Shown here in pieces: positions 40,551 through 50,803 of a stretch of 64,000 nt of DNA (position 1 is its first letter; each line of letters begins with the position of its first letter). The position numbers and the translations under genes were made by a program. Source of the DNA: an uncultured Flavobacteriaceae bacterium (lineage in GTDB: Bacteria; Bacteroidota; Bacteroidia; Flavobacteriales; Flavobacteriaceae); contig CALKOU010000007.1 of assembly GCA_938092005.1 (NCBI GenBank), forward strand, positions 34,523 to 98,522. Reading direction: 5' to 3'. The notes below the pieces were generated by a model that saw only the letters and a program-made list of their open reading frames with translations, had not been told where the DNA came from and did no database searches.

Positions 40551-41143
40551 TAAAGTGGATTAACTTCTACAAACGGCGGAAACAAATATTGCTTTTTTGT
40601 TTTAACACACGTACACACGAATCGTGTTCTACGCTTGGTACTTTTACGAAAATCCCGACCATCTGCGGTGCGAAAAAGCGCATTGTGTTCCAATTCAAAA
40701 ATACATTTTTTATTGTTGGGTGGGTCATATTGACGAAGCGCTTGCATAAGCATAGCATCTGCAGCAAAGGTAGCCTTTGGATTTTGCATATGCTTTTTAA
40801 GAGGCATTAGAAGGTCTTCTGGGAAGATTAGCGGGTTTAGAAATGGCTCGGTAATACGCTGAAAAGCTGCCTTCCATTCCTTACCATGTGGTTTTTTTCT
40901 AAAAGCAAATGAGCTAAAAACAGCATAATGTGCCCATTCGTGCAAAAACGTAAGTAAAAAACGATACGAATTTTCCATAGCGTTAATGGAAATTGCAACA
41001 GGCTTCTTGGTTTGAACTCTAAAATCGCCATGTTTGGTTTTACGCTCGCGAACAACTTTAATAACCACACGCTGACCTTTGATTAGCGTAGCACATTTTG
41101 CCTTAGCCAATTCAGGTAAGTAAGAATAAAATTCCGATTGCAT
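40550..41143 (-). CDS. SprT-like zinc metallopeptidase-domain protein
   Basis: The sequence has the HExxH motif (LHEWAH) in an SprT-like context. I took the start at MQSEFYSYLPE because the longer ORF overlaps the upstream SDR gene. Confidence 0.65.
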   Translation of the reverse strand: MQSEFYSYLPELAKAKCATLIKGQRVVIKVVRERKTKHGDFRVQTKKPVAISINAMENSYRFLLTFLHEWAHYAVFSSFAFRKKPHGKEWKAAFQRITEPFLNPLIFPEDLLMPLKKHMQNPKATFAADAMLMQALRQYDPPNNKKCIFELEHNALFRTADGRDFRKSTKRRTRFVCTCVKTKKQYLFPPFVEVNPL

Positions 41144-41144
41144 T

Positions 41145-41828
41145 TTAGGGGGTCGTGTTCGAAACTGGAAGCACTTTGCCATTGTAAAAATCATGACCGC
41201 TTAGTGCAAAATTAGCAATATATGCTGCCATATTAGCGGCGCTCATAGGCACCTGCAACCCTGGAAACGCCTCCGAAAGCATTTCGGTTTGTACTGCCCC
41301 AAGTGCCAAGGCATTTACTGCAGGACCCGTTTCCTTAAACTCTTCAGCAAGCAATTCGGTAAGAATAGACACCGCACCCTTACTGCTACTATATGCAGCT
41401 AAACCAGGAAACTTAGACGTGCCACCAATACCACCCATGCTACTTATGTTGAGCACATGACCACTTGGCTGCAATTTTCCAAGAAGCACACGTGTTAACG
41501 TGGCAAGACCAAACACATTTACTTTGTAAACTTCCTCAAAGTCGGCCTGGGTAGTTTCGGCAAAAGGTTTGTTGATGAGTTTACCAGCGTTGTTAATTAA
41601 CGCATCTATACGGTTTGGCGAAAACGTATCACTCCATTCCAAAACAGCATTTTCGTTGGATAAATCAAGGGCAATTGCGGTAACATTAGGTAATTGGAGC
41701 GCCTCAATAGGTGCTGTGTTTCGCGAAAGTGCCCAAACGTTGTGTTGGTTATGTGCAAACCATTGAACCAATGCCAAGCCGATTCCGCGACTGGCACCTG
41801 TTATCACAATGTTTTTTGCTTTATCCAA
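41145..41828 (-). CDS. SDR-family oxidoreductase
   Basis: The sequence contains TGASRGIGLAL, NNAG and YSSSKGA, the motifs of a classical short-chain dehydrogenase. Confidence 0.85.
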   Translation of the reverse strand: MDKAKNIVITGASRGIGLALVQWFAHNQHNVWALSRNTAPIEALQLPNVTAIALDLSNENAVLEWSDTFSPNRIDALINNAGKLINKPFAETTQADFEEVYKVNVFGLATLTRVLLGKLQPSGHVLNISSMGGIGGTSKFPGLAAYSSSKGAVSILTELLAEEFKETGPAVNALALGAVQTEMLSEAFPGLQVPMSAANMAAYIANFALSGHDFYNGKVLPVSNTTP

Positions 41829-41833
41829 AACGA

Positions 41834-43429
41834 TTATACTACCAATCGAATGGGGTTTTCGATATATCCTTTAAGCGTTTGTAAAAACTGTGCGCCTGTT
41901 GCACCATCTACGGTTCGGTGATCACAAGCTAAAGTCAGTTTCATGGTATTTCCAACAACTATTTCACCCTCTTTTACAACTGGCTTTTGCACGATAGCAC
42001 CAACAGAAAGAATAGCTGAATTCGGCTGGTTGATAATGGATGTAAATTCATCAATACCAAACATACCCAGGTTGGATACCGTAAAAGTACTGCCGTCCAT
42101 CTCTTGCGGTGTAAGTTTTTTACTTCTTGCTCTTCCAGCAAAATCTCTTACTTGTGAACCAATTTGTGGAAGGTTCATTTCGTTAGCAAATTTCAGTACA
42201 GGAACAACAAGCCCATCTTCAACAGCAACGGCAACACCAACATGTACGTGGTGATTTAGCACCATTTTATCGTCGAACCATTGTGAATTAACCTGTGGGT
42301 GCTCCTTTAATGAAAGTGCAACTGCTTTTACCACGATATCATTAAATGATATTTTGGTATCGGGGATTGAGTTGTATTGTTTTCTAAAGGCAATGGCTGC
42401 GTCCATATCAAACTCCACTGACAAATAGTAATGCGGAGCACTAAATTTAGATGCTCCAAGTCGCTTTGCAATGGTTTTACGCATTTGCGAGTTTGGAATC
42501 TCTTCTTGCTTTTCTTGACCTGCAGGAACAAAAACGCCTACTTGAGCAGCGGCAGCGGCAGGAGTAAACTGCTCAACATCACGTTTTACAATTCTTCCAG
42601 ACTCGCCTGTGCCTGACACAAGACCTAAATCAATTCCTTTTTCCTTAGCAATTCGTTTTGCCAAAGGGGATGCCATTATTCTACCTGTGCTAGCAGTAGC
42701 AGGTGCTTGAACTGCTGGGGTTGCTACAGATGTTGATGCTGTAGGGGTTGCCTCAACGGCAGGAGCAGCGGCTGGTGTTTCAGGAGTTGTTGGTTGTGGA
42801 GCAGTCGGAGGTGCAGCTAAAATAGGAGCAACATCAGTACCCGCTGGACCGATAATAGCCAATAGCGTATCTACTGGGGCTGTTTCGCCTACTGCAGTTC
42901 CAATATGTAACAGCACACCATTGAAAAACGATTCGAATTCCATGGTAGCTTTGTCGGTTTCAATTTCGGCTAGAATATCTCCTTCTTCGACCGTGTCGCC
43001 AACTTGTTTTAACCAAGAAGCGACTGTTCCTTCTTCCATGGTATCACTTAGGCGGGGCATGTTGATGATTTCAACACCCTCTGGTATCGCCGCTGGAGCT
43101 GCTGCTGCAGCTGTTTCTGTTTCAGAGGCAGCTTCTTTAGGAGCTTCCTCAGTTGACGTATCACCGCTTAACAAGGCCGAAATATCTTCACCTTCTTCGC
43201 CAATAATGGCTAGAAGCACATCAACGGGAGCTGTTTCACCAGCTTGCACACCAATGTGCAAAAGTGTACCGTCGTGAAACGATTCAAATTCCATAGTGGC
43301 TTTATCGGTTTCGATTTCAGCCAAAATATCCCCTTCAACTATTTTATCGCCTACATTTTTGAGCCAAGTAGCTACTGTTCCTTCTTCCATGGTGTCGCTA
43401 AGACGCGGCATGTTGATGATTGTTGCCAT
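41834..43429 (-). CDS. Pyruvate dehydrogenase complex dihydrolipoamide acetyltransferase (E2) with two lipoyl domains
   Basis: There are two copies of …MPRLSDTMEEGTV…EIETDKATMEFES…, then Ala/Pro linkers, a PSBD (ASPLAKRIAKEKGIDL) and a catalytic DHRTVDGA. The start MATIINMP abuts the pdhA stop. Confidence 0.92.
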   Translation of the reverse strand: MATIINMPRLSDTMEEGTVATWLKNVGDKIVEGDILAEIETDKATMEFESFHDGTLLHIGVQAGETAPVDVLLAIIGEEGEDISALLSGDTSTEEAPKEAASETETAAAAAPAAIPEGVEIINMPRLSDTMEEGTVASWLKQVGDTVEEGDILAEIETDKATMEFESFFNGVLLHIGTAVGETAPVDTLLAIIGPAGTDVAPILAAPPTAPQPTTPETPAAAPAVEATPTASTSVATPAVQAPATASTGRIMASPLAKRIAKEKGIDLGLVSGTGESGRIVKRDVEQFTPAAAAAQVGVFVPAGQEKQEEIPNSQMRKTIAKRLGASKFSAPHYYLSVEFDMDAAIAFRKQYNSIPDTKISFNDIVVKAVALSLKEHPQVNSQWFDDKMVLNHHVHVGVAVAVEDGLVVPVLKFANEMNLPQIGSQVRDFAGRARSKKLTPQEMDGSTFTVSNLGMFGIDEFTSIINQPNSAILSVGAIVQKPVVKEGEIVVGNTMKLTLACDHRTVDGATGAQFLQTLKGYIENPIRLVV

Positions 43430-43430
43430 A

Positions 43431-44429
43431 CTATAGTTTGTGAGAAATAAATGGATAATCTTCTTGTTCGTAAACGGCATCGTACATCACATTCTTTTCA
43501 GGGAATGGCGATGACTCAGCAAATGCTTCACACTCCTTGACACGTGATTTTACATCGGCGTCAATTTCAGCAAGTTCTTCAGCAGAAGCATACTTTTCGG
43601 CGAGTATGATATCTTTAACCTGTGTGATTGGGTCAATTTTTCGATATTCTTCTACTTCGTCTTTTGTTCGATAGTGTTGCGCATCGGACATAGAATGTCC
43701 ACGATAACGATACGTTTTGGCTTCCAAAAAGGTTGGGCCATCCCCTCTGCGTGCGCGTTGGATAGCCTCATCAATACCCTCGGCTACAGCAACGGGATTC
43801 ATCCCGTCTAATGGACCACAAGGCATTTCATAACCTAATCCTAGTTTCCAAATATCGGTGTGATTAGCAGTTCGCTCTACAGAAGTTCCCATTGCGTATC
43901 CGTTGTTTTCAACGATGAACACTACGGGTAATTTCCACAACATTGCTAAGTTTAATGTTTCGTGAAGGGAACCTTGGCGCACAGCACCATCACCCATAAA
44001 ACAAAGCGTTACGGCGTCGCTTCCATGATATTTATCGCCAAAAGCCATACCAGCACCAAGTGGTATTTGTCCACCAACAATTCCGTGCCCCCCGTGGAAA
44101 CGATGTTCTTTTGAAAAAATGTGCATGGATCCTCCGAGACCGTTAGATGTTCCAGTAGCTTTTCCAAAAAGCTCTGCCATTACGCGTTTAGGATCTACAC
44201 CCATTCCTATTGGCTGTACGTGATTTCGGTAAGCGGTAATCATGCGGTCTTTGGAAAGATCCATAGCATGTAATGAACCTGCTAAAATGGCCTCTTGACC
44301 ATTGTAGAGGTGTAAAAATCCGCGTACTTTTTGTTGAATATAAACCGAGGCAAGCTTGTCTTCAAACTTGCGCCAAAACATCATGTTTTTGTACCAATCA
44401 AGGTAGGTGTCACGTGTGACTTTTTTCAT
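43431..44429 (-). CDS. pdhA: Pyruvate dehydrogenase E1 component alpha subunit
   Basis: The 332-aa ORF has the ThDP motif …GDGAVRQGSLHETLNLAMLWKLPVVFIVENNGYAMGT…. Confidence 0.9.
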   Translation of the reverse strand: MKKVTRDTYLDWYKNMMFWRKFEDKLASVYIQQKVRGFLHLYNGQEAILAGSLHAMDLSKDRMITAYRNHVQPIGMGVDPKRVMAELFGKATGTSNGLGGSMHIFSKEHRFHGGHGIVGGQIPLGAGMAFGDKYHGSDAVTLCFMGDGAVRQGSLHETLNLAMLWKLPVVFIVENNGYAMGTSVERTANHTDIWKLGLGYEMPCGPLDGMNPVAVAEGIDEAIQRARRGDGPTFLEAKTYRYRGHSMSDAQHYRTKDEVEEYRKIDPITQVKDIILAEKYASAEELAEIDADVKSRVKECEAFAESSPFPEKNVMYDAVYEQEDYPFISHKL

Positions 44430-44453
44430 AAGGCTCTTCTGTTATGAGTGCCG

Positions 44454-44461
44454 CAAAGATA
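44454..44461 (-). promoter_or_regulatory. -7 box TATCTTTG upstream of pdhA
   Basis: This is an exact TAnnTTTG on the minus strand, 24 nt upstream of the pdhA ATG. Confidence 0.4.
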
Positions 44462-44498
44462 AGGCAACTTCCTGTTGGAAAAAAACGAAAACTAAGGG

Positions 44499-45647
44499 TT
44501 AATAACGTTCTGCCCCAAAATTAAATGTTAAAGAAAAACGCAAGGTGTTTTCTAGTGGGTTAATAACCCTTCCCGCAGAAATCAAATAAGACAAATCAAC
44601 ATCTATAACGTTGTATTTAAAACCAGCGCCAAGGGTAAAGAATTTCCGTGCTCCCTTAAGTTCATTTTCGTTAAAGTATCCTGCACGTAACGCAAAGGAT
44701 TCGTCATACATAAACTCTGCGCCAAGCGCCCACGTAAACTCTTTTAACTCCTCTGAGAAACCATCGGGAGCATCGCCAAAGGACTTAAAAATACCTGATA
44801 ACACACCTACATTATCGGGTTGTCGATAGCCGGTAATATTTCCGTCGCTGTCGGTAATGGGCTCGCTAGGTGAAGGCACCAATAATTTGTTTATTTCTAA
44901 ACTGACTGCAAGTTTGTTGTATGAGTCAAAAATAAAATCAAAACCACCTCCCAGTTTTAAATTAGTAGGCAAAAAGTCTTCTTGACCCTCATCTTCATAT
45001 TTGATCTTAGGACCAATATTAGAGAGGTTAAAACCTGCTCGCCACATTCCAGAAAAACTGGAGTAAGGCACCTCATAAGACTGGTAAAAACCAGAAACAC
45101 CAACAGCAACCGAACTTGCCGAAGAGCTATCGCCATTACCTGAGTTTAATTTTAAGTCAGAGTTTAAAAATGAGGCTTGAATGGCCATCGAAAATTTATC
45201 ACTTAATTTAAGTGCATATGAGGCATCAAAAACAAATTCATTGGGTCTCTCGATGAGGGGATTAAGAAAATCATTAGGTGTTTCTCCAATTTCAATTTCA
45301 CCCAAACTAAAATAACGCAAGCCTGCTGCCCAAGCCGAACGGTCATCTATGGCTCTATAATACGTTACATCTGCTAAAAAAATATCGTTTACTAGTTTAC
45401 TTAAGTAAGGTGTATAACTAACAGCAGCACCGGTATCATTAGCTATAAAAGCATATTTTGAAGGGTTCCAATGGTTGGCAAACGCATCGGATGATGTAGC
45501 CACCCCTTGATCACCTAGTGCAGCAGAACGTGCGTCTGGTGCAATGGACAAAAAGGGCACCGCAGTGGTAACCACGCGAATGTCTTGTTGTGCAAATGTG
45601 AATTGCGTTGCTACTGCAAGTACTATAACTAGAATTAATTTTTTCAT
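44499..45647 (-). CDS. porV: Type IX secretion system outer-membrane shuttle protein PorV
   Basis: The 382-aa beta-barrel protein contains …TTAVPFLSIAPDARSAALGDQGVATSSDAFANHWNPSKYAF…, matching the PorV N-terminal signature. It lies immediately downstream of porU. Confidence 0.88.
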   Translation of the reverse strand: MKKLILVIVLAVATQFTFAQQDIRVVTTAVPFLSIAPDARSAALGDQGVATSSDAFANHWNPSKYAFIANDTGAAVSYTPYLSKLVNDIFLADVTYYRAIDDRSAWAAGLRYFSLGEIEIGETPNDFLNPLIERPNEFVFDASYALKLSDKFSMAIQASFLNSDLKLNSGNGDSSSASSVAVGVSGFYQSYEVPYSSFSGMWRAGFNLSNIGPKIKYEDEGQEDFLPTNLKLGGGFDFIFDSYNKLAVSLEINKLLVPSPSEPITDSDGNITGYRQPDNVGVLSGIFKSFGDAPDGFSEELKEFTWALGAEFMYDESFALRAGYFNENELKGARKFFTLGAGFKYNVIDVDLSYLISAGRVINPLENTLRFSLTFNFGAERY

Positions 45648-45648
45648 A

Positions 45649-48600
45649 TTAGTTTACTATAATTTTTCCAGAGTGGATGTCACTCGAATTGGACAACGTT
45701 GAAATAAGTTCAATCGTGTACAAATAGGTTCCTTTATTTACTTTTTGACCATTGTAAGATGTTGCATCCCACGACAAACTATCGATTAAATAGCTTGTTG
45801 AAAACACGTTTTGGCTACTGTGCCATATACGTTTTCCATCGACGGCAAATATAGAAATTTTAACATCAAGAAGTTCTCTTGGTCGGTTATGCTGCACATA
45901 AAATATTGTTTGATTTGTAACAGGGTTCGGAGAATTGAACACCTTTTCAATTTGAATTGTGTTGTTATCAACAACGGTAAAGCTTATGGTTTTGGTGCTT
46001 GGGTTGTTATAGGTATCCCACCCGCGAACGGTCAAGGTGTGCCCTCCAAGCGCAAGATCATTAAGTGGATAAGCGATGCTTCCTTTTGTAAAATCATCCA
46101 AAACGGTGGCGTAAAACGCATTGAGAACATACGGACTTGTTTGATCATCATCCAATACAGCGATGATGTCATGACCTAGACCACCTGAAGAGTTTATGCC
46201 ATTTTCATCTTCTAAATCTATGATAAGCACAGGACTATCAAAAACCTTGTCGCCGCTTTTAAATGTTCTTTGTTCAAGAAAGACATCAATTGTAGGCCCC
46301 TGAGTATCTTGATCAACCGTATTGTTTATCCCCCCAATAGCAAAAGCTTCTGAGAAACCACCTACAGACTCTGTTTTGTCTTCATTAAATGCAATAAAAC
46401 TTATCTTAGATGCACCAACGTCCAAATTAATATCCTTAGGAATAACAAATGTGGATGTAAAAGTTCCGTCGCTTACCGTTGCCAACCCCTTAAACACTTC
46501 TTCGCCAAGCGTTTTAAAGGTCATGATTTTAGGCTGATCATTACCAAGCGTGGTACGCGTTACTTCCTTGTCAAAAATTTGCAGGGTTACCGCTCCATTG
46601 AAATCGTTTCTTATACCTCCTGCCGCATCTAACATTTTACCCTCTAGGGTGACCTTGTCAAGTGCTTTGAATTGACGTGCTTCATCAGAAACATCTTCAA
46701 TAGGGATACCATTCATGTGTGATATCACAATTTCGCGTTTGGGGATATTTAGTTTTAGTGCAGGATCTCCAATATAAAAAAGAACACGTTTTTGATCGGC
46801 ACCTGTAAATTCATTTTTAGCACGCCTTAGTGCTTCTGCGACACTGGTATAATTCTCGCTGTCATAGGCGAACAAGTGTTTTGAAAAAATCTTGTTGTAC
46901 GCTATTCCCCTGTCTACGTAAATTTGTCTTGTTGTGGACACCATCGCAATAGCTCCACCAACTGGGTTTTGATAAAGCATTTCACCAGCGGTTGGTCTGG
47001 TGTGGTTATCAAAGCGTGTAAACTCACAAGTAACGGTAATAAAAAGGGGGTATTTTCCGGGATGGAAGAGCGTTGAAACCATGTCCTTGTCTACGATAAA
47101 TTCTTGAGCCAAACCATCTTCTCCACCATGACCAAAATAATTAAGTGCCAAGGTCCCTTGGGACATGATGTTCTCTAAAGCTGTTTCAACTCCTGGATAA
47201 CGATCACCGCCAGCTGAGGCAACCTGCTTATACGCATCAGCATGAATCTTGGTAATGTTCATCAGTGGTTTTTGAGCAACAATCTCATCCCCTAATGCAT
47301 CTAATGTTTCTTGAAGAAAATAATCATCCTTATTTCTAGATTTATCTGCATCATCAGAGAGTATCGTAAAGCTATTGTTCCAGCTGCCGCTATTCTCTGG
47401 ATTTTCGTAATCAATGACTTTATTGACTAATACCCGCGCCTGCGAAGCATTAGAGAAAATCATGCGTCCCACAGCAATATCCATTTTGTCTGAAGCTGTG
47501 AGCAATCCTTCTTCTGCGTCCATCATTGTGAAAAAATCATCAGACATAAAAGAATATGTCAATGAAAAACTATTGAGTGCATGAAAAGTTGGAACTACCA
47601 TGTCATTGGCGGCAGTTCTCTTTTTATAGTCGTAGCTCGTATCGCCAAACAAACACAAATACTTTAACTGCTTTCCTTGTGTAAAGTAGAGATATTGCAC
47701 AAAATTTCGAATGGCAGCAATGTCTTGTTGGCCTATTGAAAAGGCTTCGTAAATTTCTTCTAATGTAACGAGTTGTGCAGCTAATCCTGCAACATGTTTT
47801 CGATGATTGATGAGCATTTCAGCTTCTTCACGAAATGCCTCGGAAGTAATTAACAAGTATGTTGTTGGAGAAAACGAGGTAATTTTATTTAAAAATGAAG
47901 TAGGACTAAAAACACGTGAGCGTCTAGTGTATGTAGGCGTTTTATAGTCCGTAGAAAGGTAAAATTTACTGTTGGCATCTACCATTACGTCGGTTGCAAA
48001 AGCAGGTGCGTTAGCAGGTGGAATGTGAACAACATCTGCGCCCAACTCCCAGATAGCGGTTTCAGGTGACACGGCGTCAATGGCAAGTTGTTGCACGGGA
48101 TTTTCCGAATCTAATGAAAACAAAAAACTTCCTCCAGACCCTGTAAAACTGCGTTCGTATTGCGCCGTTATGTAGTCTAAATATCCGTTTGAAGAAAAAT
48201 CTCCATTTGAAGAAAATGCAAGGGTCGCATTAATCTTGTCAGTCGCTTTTTGTTTTAAATAAAGTACTCCTCTAATTTGATTATAGCTACTGCTTGGCTC
48301 ATTAGCGATTGAAGTTTTATTATATCCCGCTACTGCTTTGACAACCTCTTCGGTGCCAATTTTCATGCTAAATTCAGTCTGGCTGGTACTAACGGTTGCC
48401 ACACGAGCCAAAACAACAACCTCAGCACCATCAGCTGCATTGGGCGTTTCTAACGTATATGCTTCTTCTTGCTTGTCTGAAAAGCGCTGACCAAACCAAC
48501 GTCTACCCAAAGCCCCTAAATTATACTCGTTTTCTTCTAAAAATGTAGTGTACGCTCCACTAGACACTGCATTGGCTGAAGGCGTATCACTTCCTTCTTG

Positions 48601-49056
48601 CACAAGCACTCGTTTACCAAAAGAAGCCCCATACGTAATGTAATATTGTGTAGTATCGTGATATAGATTTCGATAGGTTTGACTTTCTGCATTCCAGGTA
48701 TCGTTAGCATACCCCATAAACAAAATATAATCTTCATCGTCAAAACTTCCGTCTTGTTCTCCGCTAATAATTAAGGCGTTCTCATAGAGGGTTTCTACCT
48801 CCTCACCCAACTTTAGGGGAAGCATTTGCCCACCACGACCAAAAACACGAATGGTTCTTGGGTCAATGTCGTCTACTGGCACATCTAATTGTCGTAAAAA
48901 GTCTTTTGTTATTTTTTGGACGCCTGTTTCTTCTACAGAAAATTGACGCCAAACTTTTAAACCCTCATCTAAAAAGGGATGTGTATTTGCTACCTGAGCA
49001 GCAACAGGGTAACCACACAGCACAAAAAATAATATTGTCGAAAAAAAGTTTCGCAT
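45649..49056 (-). CDS. porU: Type IX secretion system sortase/C-terminal signal peptidase PorU
   Basis: The 1135-aa ORF has a gingipain (C25)-like core (…NYFGHGGEDGLA…, …FITVTCEF…) and its own T9SS CTD at the C-terminus. The arrangement porU-porV divergent from gldJ matches Flavobacterium johnsoniae. Confidence 0.85.
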   Translation of the reverse strand: MRNFFSTILFFVLCGYPVAAQVANTHPFLDEGLKVWRQFSVEETGVQKITKDFLRQLDVPVDDIDPRTIRVFGRGGQMLPLKLGEEVETLYENALIISGEQDGSFDDEDYILFMGYANDTWNAESQTYRNLYHDTTQYYITYGASFGKRVLVQEGSDTPSANAVSSGAYTTFLEENEYNLGALGRRWFGQRFSDKQEEAYTLETPNAADGAEVVVLARVATVSTSQTEFSMKIGTEEVVKAVAGYNKTSIANEPSSSYNQIRGVLYLKQKATDKINATLAFSSNGDFSSNGYLDYITAQYERSFTGSGGSFLFSLDSENPVQQLAIDAVSPETAIWELGADVVHIPPANAPAFATDVMVDANSKFYLSTDYKTPTYTRRSRVFSPTSFLNKITSFSPTTYLLITSEAFREEAEMLINHRKHVAGLAAQLVTLEEIYEAFSIGQQDIAAIRNFVQYLYFTQGKQLKYLCLFGDTSYDYKKRTAANDMVVPTFHALNSFSLTYSFMSDDFFTMMDAEEGLLTASDKMDIAVGRMIFSNASQARVLVNKVIDYENPENSGSWNNSFTILSDDADKSRNKDDYFLQETLDALGDEIVAQKPLMNITKIHADAYKQVASAGGDRYPGVETALENIMSQGTLALNYFGHGGEDGLAQEFIVDKDMVSTLFHPGKYPLFITVTCEFTRFDNHTRPTAGEMLYQNPVGGAIAMVSTTRQIYVDRGIAYNKIFSKHLFAYDSENYTSVAEALRRAKNEFTGADQKRVLFYIGDPALKLNIPKREIVISHMNGIPIEDVSDEARQFKALDKVTLEGKMLDAAGGIRNDFNGAVTLQIFDKEVTRTTLGNDQPKIMTFKTLGEEVFKGLATVSDGTFTSTFVIPKDINLDVGASKISFIAFNEDKTESVGGFSEAFAIGGINNTVDQDTQGPTIDVFLEQRTFKSGDKVFDSPVLIIDLEDENGINSSGGLGHDIIAVLDDDQTSPYVLNAFYATVLDDFTKGSIAYPLNDLALGGHTLTVRGWDTYNNPSTKTISFTVVDNNTIQIEKVFNSPNPVTNQTIFYVQHNRPRELLDVKISIFAVDGKRIWHSSQNVFSTSYLIDSLSWDATSYNGQKVNKGTYLYTIELISTLSNSSDIHSGKIIVN

Positions 49057-49195
49057 CTTATAGGTATAACGGCAATGAATATAGATTCGTATAGTACATG
49101 ATATATACTATTTTAGTGTTGTCTTCGTTTTGTAAGTATCTAAACGCACTTTTTATTCGTATATTGCAACAATGTTTTTGAATCGTAATTTAAAC

Positions 49196-50797
49196 ATGAA
49201 CACGTACACAAATCTATTCATTTCCGTTTTAATAATCGCAATCTTTTCTGGTTGTAGTTCTAATAAACGCCGTTCAAATGTATCGCAAGGTACTGGTCTT
49301 GAAATCAACTCAGCTCGAGGTGGTTTTCAATATGAAACTAATTTTAAAGGTCAAGAAGCAGGTCCTGGACTCGTATTTGTACCTGGCGGCACTTTTGTCA
49401 AAGGGCGTGTACAAGATGATGTGATGCGTGATTGGAATAATGCTCCTGTTCGTGTTCAAGTACGTTCTTTTTATATAGACGAAACCGAAGTAACCAACCT
49501 AATGTACAACGAATATTTGGATTGGCTTGATCGAGTTTACAAAGAAGAAGGAGGGGTTTACAGAAGTGTTTATACGGCTGCATTACCAGACACCATGGTG
49601 TGGCGCAGTCCACTCGGATTTAACGAAGACATGGTAAATAACTACCTACGCCATCCATCCTTTCAAGACTATCCAGTAGTAGGTGTTACATGGCAACAGG
49701 CGAGCAACTATGCCAAATGGCGTACAGAGCGTGTTAACGAACGACTACTAGAAAGAGAAGGTTATATCAATAAAGGGGTAAGCTTACAAATTGACAGTAT
49801 TGCTCCTGGATCCGAATTTAACACACAAACATACTTACGAGCACCAGATCAATCCTATGGTGGAAACGTTGCTGATGTAGCAGGCAGAAATGCTCAACCT
49901 AGAAGCAGAGATGCGGATTCTACCGCATTGAATTTTGTAAAACGTGAAAAGGGACTTTTATTACCCGAATACCGCCTACCCACAGAGTCTGAATGGGAAT
50001 ATGCAGCTTTAGGATTATCCGAATTAAGAGAGTATAACAGCTACCGTGGTAAGAAAAAATACCCTTGGTCAGGAGCGTCAACACGTTCTGACAAACGAAA
50101 AAACGAAGGGGATCAGTTGGCAAACTTCAAACAAGGAAAAGGAGATTATAGCGGCGTAGCTGGATGGTCATCTGACAATGCGGATATTACCGCTCCTGTT
50201 CGTGCCTATCCTCCAAACAGTTTTGGTTTATACGGAATGGCAGGAAATGTAGCCGAGTGGGTCGCAGATGTATACAGACCTATTGTTGACAATAATGTTT
50301 CTGATATGAGTTACTACAGAGGTAACCTTTACACAAAACCGGCAATTGGCGAGGATGGCAAAACCGTTCTTATTGATGATATTTTGCTTGATACGATGGC
50401 AAACAACAAATTGTATGTAAAATCACTTCCTGGAGAAGTGAAATTTACCGAACTAAATGAGCAGGATACACAGCTTAGAACTAACTTCAACAAGTCGTAC
50501 AACACAGATTACCTTGACGGAGATGAACAGTCAAATCCAGCTGGTGAAAACGAAGCAATGTACAAGTTTGCCGTTGACGATAACGGAAATCAAATTACGG
50601 ATCAGGACAATGTAAAGTCTTTGATCTCGGATCAAACACGTGTTGTTAAAGGAGGTTCGTGGAAAGATCGTGCCTATTACCTTGACCCTGCACAACGACG
50701 TTATTTGCCAGAGTTTATGGCAGCAGACTTCATCGGTTTCCGATGTGCCATGTCGTATTTGGGAGAAAGTAAGTTAAAGAAACGTCCGCGCGACTAA
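49196..50797 (+). CDS. gldJ: Gliding motility lipoprotein GldJ (FGE-sulfatase/SUMF1-like fold)
   Basis: The sequence has a lipobox (IFSGCSS) and contains GGFQYETNFKGQEAGPGLVFVPGGTF.KGRVQDDVM.DWNN and YIDETEVTN, matching GldJ. murF lies downstream, as in F. johnsoniae. Confidence 0.88.
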   Translation: MNTYTNLFISVLIIAIFSGCSSNKRRSNVSQGTGLEINSARGGFQYETNFKGQEAGPGLVFVPGGTFVKGRVQDDVMRDWNNAPVRVQVRSFYIDETEVTNLMYNEYLDWLDRVYKEEGGVYRSVYTAALPDTMVWRSPLGFNEDMVNNYLRHPSFQDYPVVGVTWQQASNYAKWRTERVNERLLEREGYINKGVSLQIDSIAPGSEFNTQTYLRAPDQSYGGNVADVAGRNAQPRSRDADSTALNFVKREKGLLLPEYRLPTESEWEYAALGLSELREYNSYRGKKKYPWSGASTRSDKRKNEGDQLANFKQGKGDYSGVAGWSSDNADITAPVRAYPPNSFGLYGMAGNVAEWVADVYRPIVDNNVSDMSYYRGNLYTKPAIGEDGKTVLIDDILLDTMANNKLYVKSLPGEVKFTELNEQDTQLRTNFNKSYNTDYLDGDEQSNPAGENEAMYKFAVDDNGNQITDQDNVKSLISDQTRVVKGGSWKDRAYYLDPAQRRYLPEFMAADFIGFRCAMSYLGESKLKKRPRD

Positions 50798-50803
50798 ACC
50801 CAT

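Noticed and set aside
42845-43420. A ~225-nt segment is duplicated, at 43196-43420 and 42845-43069.
   Set aside because: The duplication is explained by the two tandem lipoyl domains of the E2 acetyltransferase (…MPRLSDTMEEGTV…ETDKATMEFES… twice). It is a normal intragenic domain duplication, not a mobile repeat.
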